From positions 1 through 11,060 of the forward strand of contig JBMFWY010000019.1 in assembly GCA_049964795.1 (NCBI GenBank): 11,060 nucleotides of DNA. The letters are read 5' to 3'. The position numbers and the translations under genes are program-made. The DNA is from Candidatus Micrarchaeia archaeon (GTDB taxonomy: Archaea; Micrarchaeota; Micrarchaeia; Micrarchaeales; Micrarchaeaceae). Under the pieces are notes generated by a model. It made no database searches and was not told the DNA's origin. It was given only the letters and a program-made list of their open reading frames with translations. This document shows positions 6,779 through 11,060 of the stretch, one piece after another (the stretch's first letter is position 1; the number at the start of each line of letters is the position of its first letter).

Positions 6779-7408
6779 CTATTCGCCTTCGCTGCTTATC
6801 TTGCCTTTTATGAATTTTAGGGATACAATGTTGTCCCTTTCCATGTCCTCAAGTCTCTGCCTTATGTATTTTGCCTTTTCCTGCATTGCAGGTATTGCAA
6901 CATTCTCTATCGCATTAGATCTCCTGTTCAGCTTTTCTATCTCATGCAAAAGCTTCCTTAGCGCGTTTTCCTTTTCGGCTATCTCTATAAGCATGTTGAA
7001 AAGTTGTACATAGGCACTTCTCGCATCCTCTATCGGCGCTGGAACGCTTATGAGTTCGTAGCTTTCAGGCATGCGATTGCCCTTTTCTATGCTTATGTTT
7101 GGTATCTTTACGCCCATGACGTTTTTTGCTTCAACGCTCGCACCTATGCTGCTCTGCTCTGCCGCTATCCTTTCGAGTATTATCCTCCCGGAAAGAACAT
7201 CAGCTATGTGTATGCTCTCCCTCGCGCGCGTGACTGTTTCCCCTAAGCTCCCCATGAGCTTTTGTATTTGTCTTGCGAGATTGAAGAATTCTAGCACCAA
7301 GCTGCTCCTCTTCATTTTTAAAAGGGTTAAGCCTTTCTTGGCTATCGCTATCCTGCGCCTTGTCCTTATGAGCTCTATCCTTGTCGTCTTTATGTTGCTT
7401 TCCATCAT
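6779..7408 (-). CDS. atpD: A/V-type ATP synthase subunit D
   Basis: TRIELIR...[20 protein letters not shown] and [12 protein letters not shown]. Start probably ATG 7408 or 7405, overlapping the atpB stop (ATGATG), rather than 7420. Confidence 0.95.
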   Translation of the reverse strand: MMESNIKTTRIELIRTRRRIAIAKKGLTLLKMKRSSLVLEFFNLARQIQKLMGSLGETVTRARESIHIADVLSGRIILERIAAEQSSIGASVEAKNVMGVKIPNISIEKGNRMPESYELISVPAPIEDARSAYVQLFNMLIEIAEKENALRKLLHEIEKLNRRSNAIENVAIPAMQEKAKYIRQRLEDMERDNIVSLKFIKGKISSEGE

Positions 7409-8787
7409 TCCACTTTCCATTTACCGTATTTCGCTATCATTTCATCCTTTACCCTTTTCATCTCATTTTTGTCGAGCATCGAGAACAGGTCCCAGCCAAG
7501 CCCTAGTGTAGCCTCTATGCTTCTGTCTTCGTAATAGCCCTGCTTTACAAACTTGTTTTCAAACTCGTCTGCGAATTTCAGGTACAGCTTGTCACTCTGG
7601 CTAAGCGCTTCTTCACCAACTATCTCGGTAAGGCTCCTCAGCTCCTTTCCTTTAGCATAGGAAGAGAAAAGCTGGTCGGCTACTCCCCTGTGGTCTTCCC
7701 TCGTTCTGCCTTTTCCTATACCCTGGTTCATGAGCCTAGAAAGCGAAAGCAGCACATCTATGTTTGGATATATTCCTCTCCTCTGCAGCTCCCTGCTAAG
7801 CACTATCTGGCCTTCTGTTATATAGCCTGTAAGGTCCGGTATCGGATGTGTTATATCATCTCCAGGCATTGTGAGTATGGGTATTTGCGTTATCGAGCCC
7901 TTCCTGTTCCTGATCTTTCCTGCCCTTTCATAGATCGTAGATAGGTCCGTGTACATGTAGCCGGGATATCCTCGCCTTCCAGGCACCTCTTCCCTCGCCG
8001 CCGATATCTCTCTGAGCGCCTCAGCGTAGTTTGTCATGTCAGTGAGTATTACAAGCACGTGCATGTCCTGCTCATATGCGAGGTATTCCGCTGCGGTAAG
8101 TGCAAGCCTGGGAAGTATTATTCTTTCCATCGAAGGCTCTGAAGAAAGATTTAGGAACATTACCGATCTCTCAAGCGCGCCTGTTTCTTCGAATTCCTTT
8201 TTGAAGAAGTTTGCTTCTTCGCTGTTTATTCCTATTCCTCCAAAAACAATTCCGAAACCCTCGTTTTTCCCTATTATCTTCGCCTGCCTTGCTATCTGCG
8301 CTGCAAGCCTATTGTGCGGCAATCCTGAGCCTGAAAATATGGGCAGCTTTTGCCCCCTCACAAGTGTGTTCATTCCGTCTATTGCCGATATGCCTGTCTC
8401 TATAAATTCAGAAGGCTCCTCCCTCGCATATGGGTTTATTGCGCTGCCTATTATCGGCAATGTTTCTCCGCCACTTGGCGCAGGACCGTTATCCCTGGGC
8501 CTCCCTCTGCCGTCAAATATCCTACCCACCATATCTGTGCTAACGTTTATTTCAGCAGTGCGGCCCGTAAACTTTACTCTTGTGTTGGAAATGTTCATGC
8601 CTCTTGTTTCACCAAAAGACTGCACGATGGCAAGGCCGTCTCTTGTGTCGAGGACTTGCCCCATAACAGTGCTTCCGTCCTCAAGCTTTATCTCTACAAT
8701 CTCGCCATAAGCCGCATCCCTGATGCCTTCAACGAACAGCAGCACATTTGTGACTCTATCTACTGTTTTGTAATACACATCGCTCAT
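7405..8787 (-). CDS. atpB: A/V-type ATP synthase subunit B
   Basis: [47 protein letters not shown] and [27 protein letters not shown] overlaps the atpA stop. Confidence 0.98.
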   Translation of the reverse strand: MSDVYYKTVDRVTNVLLFVEGIRDAAYGEIVEIKLEDGSTVMGQVLDTRDGLAIVQSFGETRGMNISNTRVKFTGRTAEINVSTDMVGRIFDGRGRPRDNGPAPSGGETLPIIGSAINPYAREEPSEFIETGISAIDGMNTLVRGQKLPIFSGSGLPHNRLAAQIARQAKIIGKNEGFGIVFGGIGINSEEANFFKKEFEETGALERSVMFLNLSSEPSMERIILPRLALTAAEYLAYEQDMHVLVILTDMTNYAEALREISAAREEVPGRRGYPGYMYTDLSTIYERAGKIRNRKGSITQIPILTMPGDDITHPIPDLTGYITEGQIVLSRELQRRGIYPNIDVLLSLSRLMNQGIGKGRTREDHRGVADQLFSSYAKGKELRSLTEIVGEEALSQSDKLYLKFADEFENKFVKQGYYEDRSIEATLGLGWDLFSMLDKNEMKRVKDEMIAKYGKWKVE

Positions 8788-8791
8788 TGCT

Positions 8792-11060
8792 TCACCTTAT
8801 TTTTGTCTCCATACCATCTATGGCATTGAGGCCTTCCACGACTTCCTTATAATATGCCTCTATCTGGCCTTCGCTTACGAATTTCATCTTTGCTATTTTC
8901 TGCTTTACCTCTATGCCTTCCAACTGTTCCATAGTAATTCCTCTTTTTACTGCTTCATATTCCTTAGCGCCCATTGTCATTATCGCCTTCAGCATCATGT
9001 ACTGCTTTTTCATAGAGGTAAATGTATCAACTTCGTCAAACGCGCTTTGCTGCAGGAAATCTTCCCTTATGCTTTTAGCGATGTCAAGCGTAGCCTTGTT
9101 CGATTCTGGAAGCGCATCATAGCCTACTAGCTGCACTATCTCGTTTATTTCAGCTTCCATTTGAAGAGTCTTCATCGCTTCTCTATACAGATCGCTCCAT
9201 TCCTTGCTTATATTATTTTCATACCAAGCCGCAAGGTCGTCAGTATAAAGCGAATAGCTGTTGAGCCAGTTTATGGAAGGAAAATGCCTGCTGTTGGCCA
9301 GCGCTGCATCAAGCGCCCAGAAAACTCTTGTAACTCTGAGCGTGTTTTGCGATACTGGCTCCGAAATGTCTCCTCCTGGCGGCGATACCGCGCCTATCGC
9401 AGTGACTGAACCAACATCACCTCCAAGCGTGTTGACCCTTCCCGCTCTCTCGTAGAATTCCGCGATTTTCCTGCCAAGGTATGCAGGATAGCCTTCTTCT
9501 CCCGGCATTTCTTCAAGCCTTCCTGAAATTTCCCTGAGCGCCTCCGCCCATCTTGAAGTGCTGTCTGCCATAAGTGCCACGCTGTACCCCATATCCCTGT
9601 AGTACTCCGCAATTGTTATGCCTGTATAAATGCTTGCTTCCCTAGCAGCTACTGGCATGTTTGAAGTATTTGCTATGAGCACTGTCCTTTGCATAAGGGG
9701 CTTGCCTGTTTTTGGGTCTTTCAGCTCGGGGAAGGTGTTGAGCACTTCTGTCATTTCGTTTCCCCTTTCACCACATCCAACGAAAATAACTATGTCTGCG
9801 TCGCTCCACTTTGCTAACTGATGCTGAATAACAGTATTATGGAGTATTAAGCCGCCAAATCCACCTACAAAATTGCTGCCGTAATCCGGCACTGAGAAGT
9901 CATATACATCAAAAGGTCCTGTTTCTTCTTCTATTGATACTATCTCGTCATAATAAATATATTCGAGCATTTCCGAAAGCGATTCCGCAGCCAATTTCTG
10001 AATTTGGTTTCCTGCAGGTATGTCTATAGAAGATACAAACTTCCTGAATGTGCTGGCGGTAATCCCTTCATTGCTGCCTATGTAATTTGATATTTCAATG
10101 TTCTGCTCTACTAATTCTGAATGCTTGCCAAAGTCTCTATAGATCCGTTTCATATACTCGCTAGATAAAGGAACAATGTCTACAGAGCTGTATCTTGAAT
10201 GCTTGGACTCTATGTAATCTTTTATGCTTGAAATCTTCTCGTGATCTGAATTTAGTGCTTTAAGAAGCAATTCGAGGTCATCTATACCTCTTACAACTAT
10301 CTTGTAGTATAATGTGCCATCTACTGTTCCATTAGAAAGCGTATGCATAACCCCAAACCTAGATAATATATAAGAAAGATGCAATTGCAACAACTTGCTT
10401 GCAGTATTTAGCTCCACATCGCCATCGTAGAAGGAACCATTTCCTATAAAGTAGGAAGTAAAGAACGAAGAAAGAATTCTGTCTTCCGACCTGAGAATCT
10501 CCGAAGGAACTTTCTTCTCCGAAGCTATCCTGCCGCATGAAAGCAAGTTCAGGAAGTCTGCTAGCATCTTGCCAGACACTAACACAATCGGCGTTTTTCT
10601 TTCAGAGTAATCCTTTTTTGCTTTTAAGCCGAATAGCTCATTAGAAAGGAAAGCAAATCTCTCAAGAAGCTGCTCTTCGGAACTAGTAAATACTACTGTG
10701 TTGTTGCTGCGAATGAAACCTCCTGATATATACAAGCCAAGGAATTCCGCTAGTTCCGACGTAACAAATTTTGGTATCTTTTGATGCTTGCTAAGTGTTT
10801 GAGGTATTGGTAGGGCAATTGCACCTTGCCTGCTCGTTTCAAGCTTTCTGGCCGCTGCGATAAAATCCCCCACTCTTAGCTCTTTTGCTTCTGTCTCTGC
10901 TACCTTGCCGTATTCAGTTATCTTGAACAGCTTGTGGATCGGCGTTATGCGCACCTCTCTTCCTGTGCGTGTTTTAATCCTAATAAGAGTATCGCTTTTA
11001 CCTTTGTAAAGAATCTTCGAAGTGCTTTTTACGAGCCTTCCACTTTTCAGCGATAGTAGT
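8792..11060 (-). CDS. atpA: A/V-type ATP synthase subunit A, intein-containing; 5' end outside the window
   Basis: C-extein 8792-9835: [73 protein letters not shown]. The frame stays open to the right edge, so GTG 10954 is not the start. Confidence 0.97.
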   Translation of the reverse strand, partial: LLSLKSGRLVKSTSKILYKGKSDTLIRIKTRTGREVRITPIHKLFKITEYGKVAETEAKELRVGDFIAAARKLETSRQGAIALPIPQTLSKHQKIPKFVTSELAEFLGLYISGGFIRSNNTVVFTSSEEQLLERFAFLSNELFGLKAKKDYSERKTPIVLVSGKMLADFLNLLSCGRIASEKKVPSEILRSEDRILSSFFTSYFIGNGSFYDGDVELNTASKLLQLHLSYILSRFGVMHTLSNGTVDGTLYYKIVVRGIDDLELLLKALNSDHEKISSIKDYIESKHSRYSSVDIVPLSSEYMKRIYRDFGKHSELVEQNIEISNYIGSNEGITASTFRKFVSSIDIPAGNQIQKLAAESLSEMLEYIYYDEIVSIEEETGPFDVYDFSVPDYGSNFVGGFGGLILHNTVIQHQLAKWSDADIVIFVGCGERGNEMTEVLNTFPELKDPKTGKPLMQRTVLIANTSNMPVAAREASIYTGITIAEYYRDMGYSVALMADSTSRWAEALREISGRLEEMPGEEGYPAYLGRKIAEFYERAGRVNTLGGDVGSVTAIGAVSPPGGDISEPVSQNTLRVTRVFWALDAALANSRHFPSINWLNSYSLYTDDLAAWYENNISKEWSDLYREAMKTLQMEAEINEIVQLVGYDALPESNKATLDIAKSIREDFLQQSAFDEVDTFTSMKKQYMMLKAIMTMGAKEYEAVKRGITMEQLEGIEVKQKIAKMKFVSEGQIEAYYKEVVEGLNAIDGMETKIR
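9836..11060 (-). mobile_element. Intein with LAGLIDADG-type endonuclease domain in ATPase subunit A, at the P-loop (VMA-b type) site; N-terminus outside the window
   Basis: Block B: [20 protein letters not shown] (TxxH). Block C: [12 protein letters not shown]. Block E: [10 protein letters not shown]. Block F: VYDFSVP. Block G: LILHN followed by extein Thr ([10 protein letters not shown]), which is the T of Walker A GKT. At least 408 codons are in the window. Confidence 0.95.

Noticed and set aside
8036-8710. Long plus-strand ORFs opposite the ATPase genes (8036-8710, also 4676-5215, 5573-5941, 7071-7511, 8350-8829)
   Set aside because: Antisense shadows of well-conserved genes, with no recognisable motifs.
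10952-10954. GTG start of the 720-aa ORF in the track
   Set aside because: It lies within intein block B; the frame is open to the window edge and the true atpA start is outside the window.

Overview
Archaeal chromosomal segment, most likely from a DPANN archaeon of the Micrarchaeota. This is an inference from the KAQSAMEYLMTYGW class III signal peptide, the GGTGA/AGGTG ribosome-binding sites, the BRE-TATA promoters and a Thermoplasmatales-like ATPase subunit I. From left to right it holds four blocks. (i) A minus-strand chaperone operon: wHTH regulator, grpE, dnaK (dnaK runs off the left edge). (ii) A divergent plus-strand sulfur-handling cluster: dsrE-like, tusA, sqr-like. (iii) A lone class III signal-peptide (pilin-like) gene. 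(iv) The distal part of a minus-strand A/V-type ATP synthase operon, A-B-D-orf74-H-I, where subunit A carries a large intein inserted in the P-loop and runs off the right edge. The most notable observations are: both catalytic acidic residues of the intein's LAGLIDADG endonuclease appear lost, each one transition from the expected codon; an unexplained tail-anchored 74-aa membrane protein is tightly coupled inside the ATPase operon; and an uncharacterised wHTH regulator heads grpE-dnaK, with a 24-bp palindrome over its TATA box and a GC-rich 11-N9-11 inverted repeat in its leader, a candidate HrcA/CIRCE-analogous heat-shock control system.
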